This document shows, one piece after another, positions 53,467 to 64,000 of a stretch of 64,000 bases of DNA. A program made the translations under genes and the position numbers. This stretch comes from an uncultured Acidobacteriota bacterium (GTDB lineage: Bacteria; Acidobacteriota; UBA6911; RPQK01; JAPXNP01). The stretch covers positions 128,001 to 192,000 of the forward strand of contig CAVZRV010000028.1 of NCBI GenBank assembly GCA_963777605.1, given 5' to 3'. The notes under the pieces are model-generated. The model was not told the DNA's origin. It made no database searches and was given only the letters and a program-made list of their open reading frames with translations. Every line of letters starts with the position of its first letter. The first letter of the stretch is position 1.

Positions 53467-54646
53467 CCCCCACATCCTGACCATCAATGGCGGCTCGTCG
53501 AGCATCAAGTTCGCACTGTTTGAATCCGACGAGTCGTTGGCGCGGATACTTGAAGGACAGATTGAAGGGGTGGGCCTTCCACAGGGTAACTTCACGGTAA
53601 AAGGCTTGAACAAGTCCGATGACCTTTCGCGACCCGTGGCGGCGGCGGACCACACCGTAGCGGTCGGGATGTTGATGGATTGGGTCGAAGAACGAACCGG
53701 GCGCGGTGCTTTGAGCGGGGTGGGCCATCGCGTGGTGCACGGCGGACCCAAGTACTTCGATCCGCAGCGGATCACGACCGAGATGGTTGCAGAGTTGCGT
53801 CAGCTCAGTCTATTCGATCCTGAGCATCTGCCGGTGGAGATCCTGTTGACCGAGGCGTTTCATCGCCGGTTTCCCGACCTGCCCCAAGTGGCATGCTTCG
53901 ACACGGCCTTTCACCATGACCTGCCGCGCGTAGCCCGGTTGTTGCCGATCCCGCGCCGCTACGAAGCGCAGGGAGTGCGGCGGTACGGCTTTCATGGCTT
54001 GTCCTACTCGTTTCTGATGGGAGAACTGACCCGTCTGGCCGGGCCGGAAGCGGCACAAGGCCGGGTCATCCTCGCGCATCTCGGCAATGGTGCGAGCCTG
54101 GCGGCGGTCCATCGAGGCAGGCCCGTCGACACAAGCATGAGTTTCACCCCGACCGCCGGGGTGCCCATGAGCACCCGGTCCGGCGACCTCGATCCCGGAC
54201 TGGTTTGGTATCTGGCGCGCACCGAAAAGATGAATGCAAAGCAATTCAACGAGATGGTCAATTTCCAGTCGGGGCTGCTCGGCGTGTCGGAGACCAGTTC
54301 CGATATGCGTGATTTGCTCGACCGTGAGACGCAGGACGTGCGGGCGGCTGAAGCGGTTGCGCTGTTTTGCTATCAGGTCAAGAAATGGATCGGCTCATTC
54401 GCGGCGGCGTTGGGCGGTCTGGACACGCTGGTTTTTGCTGGCGGCATCGGGGAGAACGCGTCCGCGGTCCGCTTCCGGATTTGCAGGGGGCTTGAATTCC
54501 TTGGAATCGAACTCGAAGAAAAGCAAAACGCGGCGAATGAGGGAGTGATTTCCGCAAATGACAGCCGGGTCGCTGTCCGCGTCATTCGAACGGACGAGGA
54601 ATGGATGATTGCGAACCTGGTCTGCCGTGTTTTGGGTCTTGACTAG
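53453..54646 (+). CDS. ackA: Acetate/propionate kinase
   Basis: INGGSSSIK, GHRVVHGG, FDTAFH, YGFHGLSY, HLGNGAS, GGIGEN. Confidence 0.95.
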   Translation: MKPTNPHILTINGGSSSIKFALFESDESLARILEGQIEGVGLPQGNFTVKGLNKSDDLSRPVAAADHTVAVGMLMDWVEERTGRGALSGVGHRVVHGGPKYFDPQRITTEMVAELRQLSLFDPEHLPVEILLTEAFHRRFPDLPQVACFDTAFHHDLPRVARLLPIPRRYEAQGVRRYGFHGLSYSFLMGELTRLAGPEAAQGRVILAHLGNGASLAAVHRGRPVDTSMSFTPTAGVPMSTRSGDLDPGLVWYLARTEKMNAKQFNEMVNFQSGLLGVSETSSDMRDLLDRETQDVRAAEAVALFCYQVKKWIGSFAAALGGLDTLVFAGGIGENASAVRFRICRGLEFLGIELEEKQNAANEGVISANDSRVAVRVIRTDEEWMIANLVCRVLGLD

Positions 54647-54664
54647 GAACAGGAGAGATTAACC

Positions 54665-57037
54665 ATGACGACAACAACCCTTTCGCCGGAACTGCTCCAT
54701 AAGATGGACGCCTACTGGCGCGCCGCCAACTATCTGTCGGTCGGCCAGATTTTTCTTTACGACAATCCCTTGCTGAAGCGGCCGCTGAGCCTCGCGGACG
54801 TGAAGCACATGCTGCTGGGGCACTGGGGCACGACCCCCGGGCAGAACTTCATATACGTGCATTTAAACCGGGTCATCAAGAAATACGACCTCGACATGAT
54901 CTACGTCTCCGGCCCCGGGCACGGCGGCCCGGCCGTCGTGGGCAATACGTACCTCGAGGGCACTTACAGCGAAATCTATCCCGAGATCAGCCAGGACGAG
55001 GCGGGACTGCAGAAATTGTTCAAGCAGTTTTCCTTTCCCGGCGGCATTCCCAGCCACGTGTCGCCGGAATGCCCGGGATCGATCCACGAGGGCGGCGAAC
55101 TGGGCTACTCGCTCAGCCATTCGTTCGGAGCGGTATTCGACAATCCGAATCTCCTCGTCGCCTGTTGCGTGGGCGACGGCGAGGCGGAAACCGGACCGCT
55201 GGCCACCTCGTGGCAGTCCAACAAGTTTCTTGATCCGATAACCGATGGCGCCGTGCTGCCCATCCTGCACCTCAACGGCTACAAGATCGCCAACCCGACC
55301 ATCCTCGCGCGCGATTGAGCCGGAGGAACTGGACCAGTTCCTCCGCGGTAACGGATGGACGCCTTATTACGTCGAAGGACACGAGCCGGCGCTGATGCAC
55401 GAGGCCATGGCGTCAACGCTCGACATGGTGGTGGAGGAGATCAAACACATCCACCACGAAGCCCGCGTTGGCGGCAACACGATGCGCCCGCGCTGGCCCA
55501 TGATCGTCCTCAAATCCCCAAAAGGCTGGACGGGCCCGAAATGGGTGGATGGACTGCAAATCGAAGGCACGTTCCGCGCGCATCAGGTTCCACTTGCCGA
55601 TCGGATGCTGCCCATCCCGAACACCTCAAACTGCTGGAGGACTGGCTCAAGAGCTACCGGGCGGAGGAACTCTTCGACGAGCACGGCCGACTGAAACCGG
55701 AACTGGCCGAACTCGCGCCCAGAGGAGAACGCCGCATGGGAGCAAATCCCCACGCCAACGGCGGCCTGCTGCTCCGCGACCTGGTCATGCCGGATTTTCG
55801 TAACTATGCGGTGAACGTGCCGTCACCCGGATCGGTTCGCGCAGCCGATGCGCACGAACTCGGCGTGTTCCTGCGCGATGTGGCCGAACTCAATCGAGAG
55901 CAACGCAACTTTCGCATCTTCGGCCCCGACGAAACGCTTTCCAACCGCCTGGGCGCCGTGTTCGAGGTGACCAACCGCCAGTGGGACGCGCGGACGCGGG
56001 ACAACGATGAGTTCCTCGCTCTGAACGGCCGCGTCATGGAGATGCTGAGCGAGCATCAGTGCGAGGGCTGGCTCGAAGGCTATCTGCTGACCGGCCGACA
56101 CGGACTTTTCAATTGCTACGAGGCGTTCATCCACATCATTGACTCGATGTTCAACCAGCACGCCAAGTGGCTGAAAGTCACGGCCGGACTGCCATGGCGG
56201 CGGAAGATCGCCTCGTTGAACTACCTGCTGGCCTCCCACGTCTGGCAGCAGATGCATAACGGTTTCACGCATCAGGATCCCGGTTTCATTGATCACGTTG
56301 TGAACAAGAAAGCTTCTGTCGTGCGCGTCTATCTGCCGCCGGATGCCAACTGCCTGCTGTCGGTCTTTGATCACTGTTTGCGCAGCCGGCATTACGTCAA
56401 CGTCGTGGTCGCCGGTAAATATATGGCGCCGCAATGGCTGACCATGGACGACGCCGTCAAGCATTGCACCGAGGGCATCGGCATCTGGGAGTGGGCGGGC
56501 AACGAGACAGGCACCGAACCCGATGTGGTCATGGCCTGTTGTGGCGACGTGCCCACGCTGGAGACGCTGGCCGCAGTCTCCATCCTTCGCGAGCATCTCC
56601 CCGACCTGAAGGTTCGCGTGGTCAACGTCGTCGACCTTTTCAAACTGGAGCCGCAGAGCGAACACCCGCACGGCCTGAGTGACAAGGATTTCGACGCGCT
56701 CTTCACCAAGGACAAGCACGTCATTTTCGCCTTTCACGGCTACCCGTGGTTGATCCACCGCCTGACGTATCGACGCACGAACCACGACAACATTCACGTC
56801 CGCGGTTACAAGGAAGAGGGCACTATCACTACCCCCTTCGACATGACCGTGCTGAACGACCTGGATCGCTTCCACCTGGTGATGGACACCATCGACCGCC
56901 TCCCGCAAACCGGAGACAGGGGCATCGACCTGAAGCAGCAGCTCGAGGACAAGCTGATCGAGCACAAGCAGTACATCGACAAGCACGGCCAGGACATGCC
57001 GGAAATCCGGAACTGGAAGTGGAGCACCCCCAAATGA
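54665..57037 (+). CDS. xfp: Xylulose-5-P/fructose-6-P phosphoketolase, two frameshifts (~55310, ~55600)
   Basis: [48 protein letters not shown] in three successive frames. Confidence 0.93.
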
Positions 57038-57559
57038 ATGTACCAGGCGCAAATGAGCAGCGTACTTCCAGAAGTCTATCCAGCCCGGATCTGTCGGCCC
57101 AGGATAAGAGCCTCCACGCTGAATGCTGTGAGCAATTTTGACCACATTTCCGAGCAATTGTGACCTGAATCACAAAACGCCGTGCAGTATACAACGAGTG
57201 GAGCTTGATTGCCGCCCGCGGATTATACTCGTCTCAAGGCGGCCCAACGAGCTGATCGAGAGAGACGCTATGCAAGAGCGAAGGGATGTCAGGAAGTTCT
57301 ACGGGAGCCTTTCCGATTCGGAACTTATCTCTGTCTGGGCTTTGGGCAGGGACAGGGAAGACGATGTGGTGATGGCCGATGCCGAAGCTGAACTGGCCAG
57401 GCGGGGAACCCGGAGCGATGACCCCGAGGTTCGGCTCCGGACTCCGCGAGAATCAGTCGCCAGGACAAGAAGCCGCACCTGAGGATCCTCAGGTGCGGCT
57501 CTCCGGCAAGGCAGGGATCGCTCGGGGAGGCTTTTGTCCCTGCTGCTCTCTGCAGACGG

Positions 57560-57751
57560 TTAAGTCCCCACACGGAGCCCGCTGAGGGAACTCAAAAAGC
57601 CGAAAACGCTGAGAAGCCACAGAACCACGCCAATGACTACCACCGCATTGAGGATTCTCTTGATTGTGCCCTGCATCGGGATGAACGTGTTTACCAACCA
57701 AAGTAGAACGCCGATTACAACCAGAATCATGACGAGTTGAAGTAAAGGCAT
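57560..57751 (-). CDS. Thivi_2564-like small membrane protein
   Basis: GVLLWLVNTFIPM...IKRILNAVVVI..VLWLL; GGAGG RBS. Confidence 0.8.
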   Translation of the reverse strand: MPLLQLVMILVVIGVLLWLVNTFIPMQGTIKRILNAVVVIGVVLWLLSVFGFLSSLSGLRVGT

Positions 57752-57856
57752 GATGACCCTCCATTGTGTTGGGAGCGGGCCGCGACGGCCGCTCCCGGTT
57801 TAGCACTGATAAAATAAAGCCTCAATGAGATTCGCCTTGTAACGGAAACCGCGCTA

Positions 57857-58084
57857 TTACAAAGCTCTTCGCTTCATTCCCACGACGAGCAGCGCAACTC
57901 CGCCGAGCAGGGCGAGTCCTCCGAGGATGGGCGGAACGGGAATGCGTTGCTGCGTTTCCGTCGTGGCTTGCAGCGGTCCGATATCAATCACCTTTTCCGT
58001 GCGTGTGTAATTGATGCCCTGATAGGCGAGGGCCAGTGCACCAAGCACGATCAATACAATTCCAATCCACATAGTCGGTTTCAT
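57857..58084 (-). CDS. DUF3185-like small membrane protein
   Basis: GIVLIVLG...YQGINYT..EKVIDIGP...PVPPILGG. Confidence 0.75.
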   Translation of the reverse strand: MKPTMWIGIVLIVLGALALAYQGINYTRTEKVIDIGPLQATTETQQRIPVPPILGGLALLGGVALLVVGMKRRAL

Positions 58085-58174
58085 TGCTTATATCTCCGTG
58101 GCCGGGCGATCTCTCTTCAGGATCGACTCCGGCCTTTCAAAGCCAGGCCGACGGGATTCCCATCGGCCTGGTAT

Positions 58175-59920
58175 TCATTGTCGAAAGCGAACTGAACGAA
58201 GCATGTTCTGAAATGTACTCTCATAATTCTTGAAGTCGCGATCGGGTGCGACGAACACCATGAAAAGCAGGCCTTCCGGTCGCTGAATCGTGACCAGCCA
58301 ATTCGTTTCGCGACCTCCCAGCGGCGAGTCGTTGGTCAGATAGGTGGACTCAGCCCCCAGCCCGTCGATGCGGAAGTAATCAGGCTGGCTGACAATTCGC
58401 ATCCCGGGATTGGAGTGGCTGAGTTCTTCAATCAAACCGCTCGTGGCTTCTTCGAGGCGTTGCTGTTCCTGCTGGTTCCCCCGGGAGGTTGCTCTCGAAG
58501 GCAGCCCGTAGCCTTCGGGTTGAAGCTGCTGACGGCCGCTGCGGTTAATGAGTGGCTCATAAATGTTCACGATGACGCCGTAAGCCAGGGCCTGGTTGCC
58601 CCGCCCGTCGTTGACCATGCCCCGATCGGGTACGATCGTGACGGTCACATCTCCCTGTCCGTACGCCTGCCAATTGTCCGGGTGATCGATACGGAAAGTG
58701 GCGTTTTCGAAACTTCTCGAGCGATTTGAAGGCTGGTCAGGCTGAGTGTTGCCCTGTGGGTTGTTTCCTGACTGCTGCTGCTCGGTCGGAATCGAGATCC
58801 ACTGATGTTCCTGAACCACCACGTCGTAGGTTCCGCCGCCCCACTGGTACCTGAGAAGAAGCGCTTTCGGCTCACTGATGGGATCACCGCCCATCGACGA
58901 GTTGGTCACCTGGAGGTTCAGGCGGCCGTCCTGCACCAGAGACTGCATGCGCTGGCCGACGTCGATGTATTTGTTCTTCGCACCGTAGCTTGCGCCCACG
59001 ATCCGTAATTCCGATGTGGCGGGCGTGTTCCCCCGGGCGTTTCCCGTGCCGCTATTTGCCGGAGGCCCCGCGAGCGCCTGTTCGTACCGCTTGATGTCCT
59101 GGAAGTCCCGCGAATCGGTCTTCGCATTTCGCCGCATACCGCCGAGGTTGGCAATTTCCTCGTCCACACGCCCTTCGCGGTTCTCCGGGTTGGGGTGACT
59201 GGAGAAGAAGGCCGGCATCTGCCCGCCCTGGCTTTCCGCCTCAATCTTCTGGAAGAATTGGGCCATGGCCTGCGGGTTGTAGCCGGAATCGTAGAGGATT
59301 TGGGTGCCCAGAACATCGGCCTGGGTCTCAGCATCCCGTGAGTACTTCAGCAAGAGCGAGTCGGCCGCGAATCCTGCACCGAGTTGTGCCAGTATTGCAG
59401 CCGTCGAGTTGCTGCCCAGTGCACCTCCCAGGATGGCCAGCGGCACCTGAGCGATATAGGCTTTCGAGGCCTGGTTGGTGCCGTGGCGGAGCGCCACGTG
59501 GGCGATCTCGTGCGCGATCACGCCGGCGAGTTGCGCTTCATTATCGGCAGCGTCGAGCACCCCTCGGTTGACGTAAAGAAAACCCCCGGGCAACGCGAAA
59601 GCATTAATGGACCGGTCGTTGACGACTTTGAACTGATAGGGATACTTCTCACCCGGGGCGTGGGCCGCCAGTTTCCGCCCCAGGTTGTCCACGTACTTGT
59701 CTACTTTTGAGTTGTTGAGCATCGGCTGCTGCTGCTCAGCCTCGACAGAGGTCTGCTGGCCCATTTCGACATCCTGCTGCACGGAAAACATGTTCCAACC
59801 GGGCTTCAGTTGCGTCCGGTCCGCCCAAACGAGCGGAGCCAGGAAAAGCATCAGCGCGGCCGCGAGCACTATTGAATGTTGCGTTGTTTTGCTGTTATTC
59901 ACTGTTTGTTTCCTGTTCAT
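58175..59920 (-). CDS. M48 (BepA/YfgC-like) metallopeptidase with an inserted extra domain
   Basis: NAFALPGG, HEIAH, YSRDAETQAD, SSHP. Confidence 0.9.
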   Translation of the reverse strand: MNRKQTVNNSKTTQHSIVLAAALMLFLAPLVWADRTQLKPGWNMFSVQQDVEMGQQTSVEAEQQQPMLNNSKVDKYVDNLGRKLAAHAPGEKYPYQFKVVNDRSINAFALPGGFLYVNRGVLDAADNEAQLAGVIAHEIAHVALRHGTNQASKAYIAQVPLAILGGALGSNSTAAILAQLGAGFAADSLLLKYSRDAETQADVLGTQILYDSGYNPQAMAQFFQKIEAESQGGQMPAFFSSHPNPENREGRVDEEIANLGGMRRNAKTDSRDFQDIKRYEQALAGPPANSGTGNARGNTPATSELRIVGASYGAKNKYIDVGQRMQSLVQDGRLNLQVTNSSMGGDPISEPKALLLRYQWGGGTYDVVVQEHQWISIPTEQQQSGNNPQGNTQPDQPSNRSRSFENATFRIDHPDNWQAYGQGDVTVTIVPDRGMVNDGRGNQALAYGVIVNIYEPLINRSGRQQLQPEGYGLPSRATSRGNQQEQQRLEEATSGLIEELSHSNPGMRIVSQPDYFRIDGLGAESTYLTNDSPLGGRETNWLVTIQRPEGLLFMVFVAPDRDFKNYESTFQNMLRSVRFRQ

Positions 59921-59989
59921 TCCCGGCTCCTTCGAATTTCTCCGTGTAATGACGAAGCGGACTGCGAGAGGCGCTTATCCCACACGCCA

Positions 59990-60928
59990 TCAATGGCGAT
60001 AAGGCGGAACATACTTCTGCAGGGACGAGATGAAAGGCCGAACGGTCGTATTCGTTCTCACTTTACCCCTGAGCAGGATGTCTTCCCCGGTCACCGGGCT
60101 GCCGTAGACCGCCTGGTTGGCGCTGTCATCCATCGTTATGCTGGCACCGGCCAGCGATACGCCTGCAAAAAGTCCCTTGCTGCGGGAGTAGGAGTAAATG
60201 GCAGAGCTGAGCGTGATGTCGGTTGCGCCACTGGCGGTTCTACCCACCGGTCCGGCTGCCACCGAGGCGTCTCCACCCAGGGTGAACTTTCCTTTGAGCA
60301 GCGGCTTCAGGCCGTCTTCATTGGTGAAGACCAGCACCAGATCGGTGGCTGAGCCTCCGATCTGAAAGCCCACACTTCCGCCGCCGATGGTGATAAAGGC
60401 GGGCGCTGACCAGTTGCCGGCTTCGGTCCGTCGGGCGATCAAGCCCTTGCCATATCGTCCACCCACGATGAACGCGCCCTTGACGACATGCGGGATAATG
60501 GCGATCGCGTGGGCTTTCTCGAGCAGATCTTCGGGGATCGCCTGGTCGGGAGCAGCCATGATTTCAGAGAGAACGCTTCCAGCTTTTGTGGCCCGATCGG
60601 CCTCGTCTTCAACATTGGCCCGGGCAGGCTGGTCAACCCTGTCGGTGTAATAGCTTGCCTGCGGGTCCATTTTCACTCCCAGGGCTTCCTGGGTCTTCTG
60701 GTCGAGCATTCCGGTCGGCTCCAGGCTCTTGCTCTTTTGAAACTCCCGAATTGCAGATCCAGTCTGAGGTCCCATCACTCCGTCGACGGGCCCCGGGCTA
60801 AAGCCATTGTCCTTAAGGACCTGTTGAAGGTTCTGGATCGTTTGATCGGGACGGGCAGCCACAAGGGAGGCTGTCATCAGCGCCACGGTCATGAGAAACA
60901 TGAAAAGCAAAGTGGATATCTTCTTCAT
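59990..60928 (-). CDS. PG-binding plus SYLF/Ysc84 lipid-binding domain exported protein
   Basis: LQQVL...GPVDGVMGPQT..AIREFQ; GGSVGFQIG, AAGPVGR, YSRSKGLFAG. Confidence 0.88.
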   Translation of the reverse strand: MKKISTLLFMFLMTVALMTASLVAARPDQTIQNLQQVLKDNGFSPGPVDGVMGPQTGSAIREFQKSKSLEPTGMLDQKTQEALGVKMDPQASYYTDRVDQPARANVEDEADRATKAGSVLSEIMAAPDQAIPEDLLEKAHAIAIIPHVVKGAFIVGGRYGKGLIARRTEAGNWSAPAFITIGGGSVGFQIGGSATDLVLVFTNEDGLKPLLKGKFTLGGDASVAAGPVGRTASGATDITLSSAIYSYSRSKGLFAGVSLAGASITMDDSANQAVYGSPVTGEDILLRGKVRTNTTVRPFISSLQKYVPPYRH

Positions 60929-61572
60929 TGTTATTCTCCTTGGGAGATTGGTGCTCCCTGAAATCTCACAGGTCTTTCTACACAAGAAGCTGATCGTTGC
61001 TCTGACTGTTGAGTCCCCAAACCCGGACAGTGAAGCAGAGCCCCGAGGATTATCGGGAAGACGATGAGCCTTCTGCCGATATCCGGCTCCAGTGAGATTG
61101 CCGACAGGTCGATTACTGTCTTCTCCTTTTTACATCGCTGGCGAAGACGGTGTCAGTTCAGCATTGCTCTGAGTCCTGATCACATTTGCTCAGTGCCCTC
61201 GATGAGGAGGCCACCGCAAGCCGAGGGTCAGACGAAAAAGCGCGCTCCTCGTCTGTCCGATTGCCAACCTGAAACTTCATCGTGGAGGCTGCAATTTTCA
61301 CCGCAAGGCGCGAAGGTCGCCCGGAATCATGAAGCCGTGGGTCGCGGCTGGAGCCTGGATACCCCGATTTCAGAACGCGAGTGTCACGAGCGCGGCTCCG
61401 GACGATGGTAAGTCACCAGAAGTGCTGCCGGAGGCCGGAACCGCGGGATGGAGTCAAAATCCAGGACTGGTAATGGATGAGAGTCAGGAGTAGCGCTCCC
61501 TTGACTCGGGGGCGCCTAATGGGTTCCCTCGCGTTCGGAACACTGGCCGTGTGCCAGGTCCGGTCCGCCATG

Positions 61573-62162
61573 CCCAGTTTCACTCTGAGAATGGTCCGGC
61601 GCCGCCGGGGGCCCCGCTGACTTAAAACTTCATTTGGATGAGTTGGAAATCCTGGAAGATTTGGACGCGTCTGGACGGGGATTGAGGCGATCGGTGGAGA
61701 GCCAGGGACGCGATTATCGGCTGAATCCTGGTTCCGGGTCCGGTGCCAGACGTGGATGAGTGATGATCACAGGATCGGCACCGGACTGGCCCCTGAAGGG
61801 GGCCTGTTTCCAGCCCAGGCATTTGCCTGGGTTTACGGTTCCCCCATCAAGAATCCAGCCCTGAAAGGGCGGCACAGCTCTCCGGACGTGAAGAATCGGC
61901 GCGACCTTACAGGCCGCAATCGAAGTGCCGGGACCACAGACCCAGGGCAAGCCCTGGGCTGAAACCAAGGCGCTCCAGCGCCAGGTCCAGTTTCACTCTC
62001 TGAATGATCCGGCGGCCGGGGGCCGGGCTGACCTGAAACTTCACCTGAAGCTTGGACCCTGGGTCCATTTGAAACGTGGAATGGCACGGACACAAAGCCG
62101 GGGGTAAGGCGAAGCCGCGCCCCCGGGTTCGCGGACCCAGTTTCACTCTCCGAATGACCCGG
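61573..62162. repeat. Composite intergenic repeat tract (3 AGTTTCACTCT modules, ~200-bp element, solo array-type hairpin)
   Basis: Modules at 61576, 61989, 62139; GGCCCCTGAAGGGGGCC, GCCCTGAAAGGGC, CCCAGGGCAAGCCCTGGG palindromes; AGCCGGGGGTAAGGCGAAGCCGCGCCCCCGGG at 62096-62127. Confidence 0.8.
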
Positions 62163-64000
62163 TCACGGGCGCGGTGACGAGGTCGAACTCGCGGCCAACG
62201 TCGTGGGTCTGTCCGGCTCTGCCTCCGGCCGTGCCTGCGCTGCCAGGTATTCGTCGATCCCTTGCTCGATCTTGCGGGGGAACTTGGGAGCCGGTCCCAC
62301 GAGCTGGTCGCGATAGACTCGGGACATGATTTCACGGAAGATCGGGAGCGCCGTGCGCCCACCGGTTTCTCTCGCGCCCAGCGTGCGGTTATCGTCGAAT
62401 CCAATCCGGACCGCCACGGTAATCCCCTCCGGTCCGTAAGTGGACCCCACGAACAGTGCGTCGCGGAAATCGCTCGTCGTTCCAGTCTTGCCCATCACCG
62501 GGACCGGGAATCCACGCCCGTCAAGACTGTGTGCCGTTCCGTCCGGCAGTCGGACCACGCCTCGCAGCCCCTCCTGGATCAGGCTCAGGGCGGCGGAGTT
62601 GATTGGCTGACCGGAAGGAGGGCCACTGTAAAGCAGCTCGCCAGAGGAGTCGCTCACGCTATCGATGACGTGGGGCTCGGCGAGGCACCCCGAAGCCATC
62701 GCGCGAAAGGCGTCCGCCAGCTCGAGCAAGCGCACTTCAGACGCGCCCAAAGCCGTTGCGATGTTGGGCTTGAGGGGGGTGCGTATTCCAAGCTCTTTCG
62801 CGGTCCTTAGCACCGCTCGCAGGCCGATTTCGCGAGTGATCCATACCGCAACCGTGTTGCGGGACTCAGCCAGTGCCTGGCGGATCGGCATCGAACCTTT
62901 GAACTGATTATCGTAGTTGCTGATCCACTTGCTATCCTGGTCGGCCCCCATGGGCACCTCGATGGGCTCGTCCGGCACGGTTGTCGTAAGGTCCAGTCCG
63001 CTCTCGAACGCGGCCAGGTAAACCAATGGTTTCAGTGCCGAGCCCGGCTGGCGCAGCGAGTCGGTGACACGGTTGTAGTCGGAATAGAGTGTATTCCTCG
63101 CTTCATAGAACTGCCGTCCGCCGGCCTCGGCCAGGATTCCCGCATCGGCGTTACGCAACACCACCACAGATCCCTGGACCAACCCCTTGGACTTGGAATG
63201 CCGGTGCTCGTAGAGAGCGAGGCCGTTTTCGAGAGCTTCGTTCACGATCGTCTGGACCCGCCCGTCCAGCGTCGACCGGACCGAGATTCGACCCTGGATG
63301 AGGTCATCAAACCCGAAACTGGATCCGCCGTGGAGTTTCAGCTCGCTGAGGACGCCGTTGATTGCAGCGGGGGCCTGGGTCTTGATCCGGCTGTGGGCCA
63401 CCACGCGGATCGGCTCGGCCTGGCAGCGTTTCGCGAGTTCCCTGGTGATGTAGCCGTTGCGCACCATCAAATCCAGAATTTGGTTCCGGCGACGCAGGGG
63501 CCTCGGGTCACCGGGAACCGGGGCATAGTCCTGGGGTGACTTCGAGATCCCCGCCAGCAGGGCAGCCTCTCCCGCGTCCTCCTGCGTATAGCTCGCGAGG
63601 GGTTTGCCAAAATAGTAGTCGGAGGCGGCAGCGTAGCCATAGCGGCCGTTGCCGAGGTAAAAGAAGCTGGCCGAGCGGGCGAAAATCTCGCGCTTGGCTT
63701 GTTCCTGAGATCCAAAGTGCCGGCGCATCTCTTCCTCCAGCCAGAGTGCAAGGCGCACCTCCTCCAGCTTGCGGAAGAGCTTGTTCGTGGCAGGTGCGCC
63801 GAGAAACAACGAGAAGAACCGTGGAGCCAGCCGTCTGCTGAAGAGGCTGGTGCCGGTCTCACGGCTTGTCAAGGCTTGCAGGAAGTAGCCGCGCACGAGT
63901 TGCTGCGTCAGCGTCGAGCCCCCTTGGGGAAGTCGCAGCCGGAACCCGGCGTCTCCCTTCCACCACCCGGTCACAGACCTCACCACCGTTTTCTCGATCA
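62163..64000 (-). CDS. Class A penicillin-binding protein (transglycosylase-transpeptidase), 5' end outside window
   Basis: GGSTLTQQL, RKLEE, SxxK (RQPGSALKP), SRN, GKTGTT. Confidence 0.92.
   Translation of the reverse strand, partial: IEKTVVRSVTGWWKGDAGFRLRLPQGGSTLTQQLVRGYFLQALTSRETGTSLFSRRLAPRFFSLFLGAPATNKLFRKLEEVRLALWLEEEMRRHFGSQEQAKREIFARSASFFYLGNGRYGYAAASDYYFGKPLASYTQEDAGEAALLAGISKSPQDYAPVPGDPRPLRRRNQILDLMVRNGYITRELAKRCQAEPIRVVAHSRIKTQAPAAINGVLSELKLHGGSSFGFDDLIQGRISVRSTLDGRVQTIVNEALENGLALYEHRHSKSKGLVQGSVVVLRNADAGILAEAGGRQFYEARNTLYSDYNRVTDSLRQPGSALKPLVYLAAFESGLDLTTTVPDEPIEVPMGADQDSKWISNYDNQFKGSMPIRQALAESRNTVAVWITREIGLRAVLRTAKELGIRTPLKPNIATALGASEVRLLELADAFRAMASGCLAEPHVIDSVSDSSGELLYSGPPSGQPINSAALSLIQEGLRGVVRLPDGTAHSLDGRGFPVPVMGKTGTTSDFRDALFVGSTYGPEGITVAVRIGFDDNRTLGARETGGRTALPIFREIMSRVYRDQLVGPAPKFPRKIEQGIDEYLAAQARPEAEPDRPTTLAASSTSSPRP

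Noticed and set aside
54665-57037. Programmed frameshifting in xfp or the MCP
   Set aside because: No slippery heptamer seen; similar breaks in unrelated genes point to sequencing error
57138-57482. Short ORF after xfp (MQERRDVRKFYGSLSDSEL...)
   Set aside because: Plausible small protein, but no clear RBS or family signature

Overview
GC-rich bacterial window, probably Acidobacteriota (inferred from gene content, not tested). It carries stress and envelope genes (two MscS, LysM/BON, SIMPL, katG with a divergent Fur-family regulator, RsbU-like phosphatase, glgC, desaturase, RRM protein), two sulfatases, a VPS10/BNR hydrolase, a ~20 kb co-oriented carbohydrate cluster (zwf-HAD-tal-pgm-glgP-GH15 remnant-sugar porter-GH39-GH144-ackA-xfp), an IS1634 element, and an IS21 element with a third translationally coupled gene inserted into pgm. 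The standout is 8976-13627: two near-identical Y1/HUH (RAYT-like) transposase genes embedded in three nested tandem arrays, built from a ~156-bp two-hairpin core alternating with 1-4 copies of a 37-bp subunit. Solo relatives of the array unit and other REP/REPIN/MITE-like modules occur at ~1.2-1.55 kb, 15.1 kb, 21.0 kb and 61.6-62.2 kb. Several genes carry frameshifts that may be long-read indel errors. All family calls come from motif recognition by eye; no database was searched.
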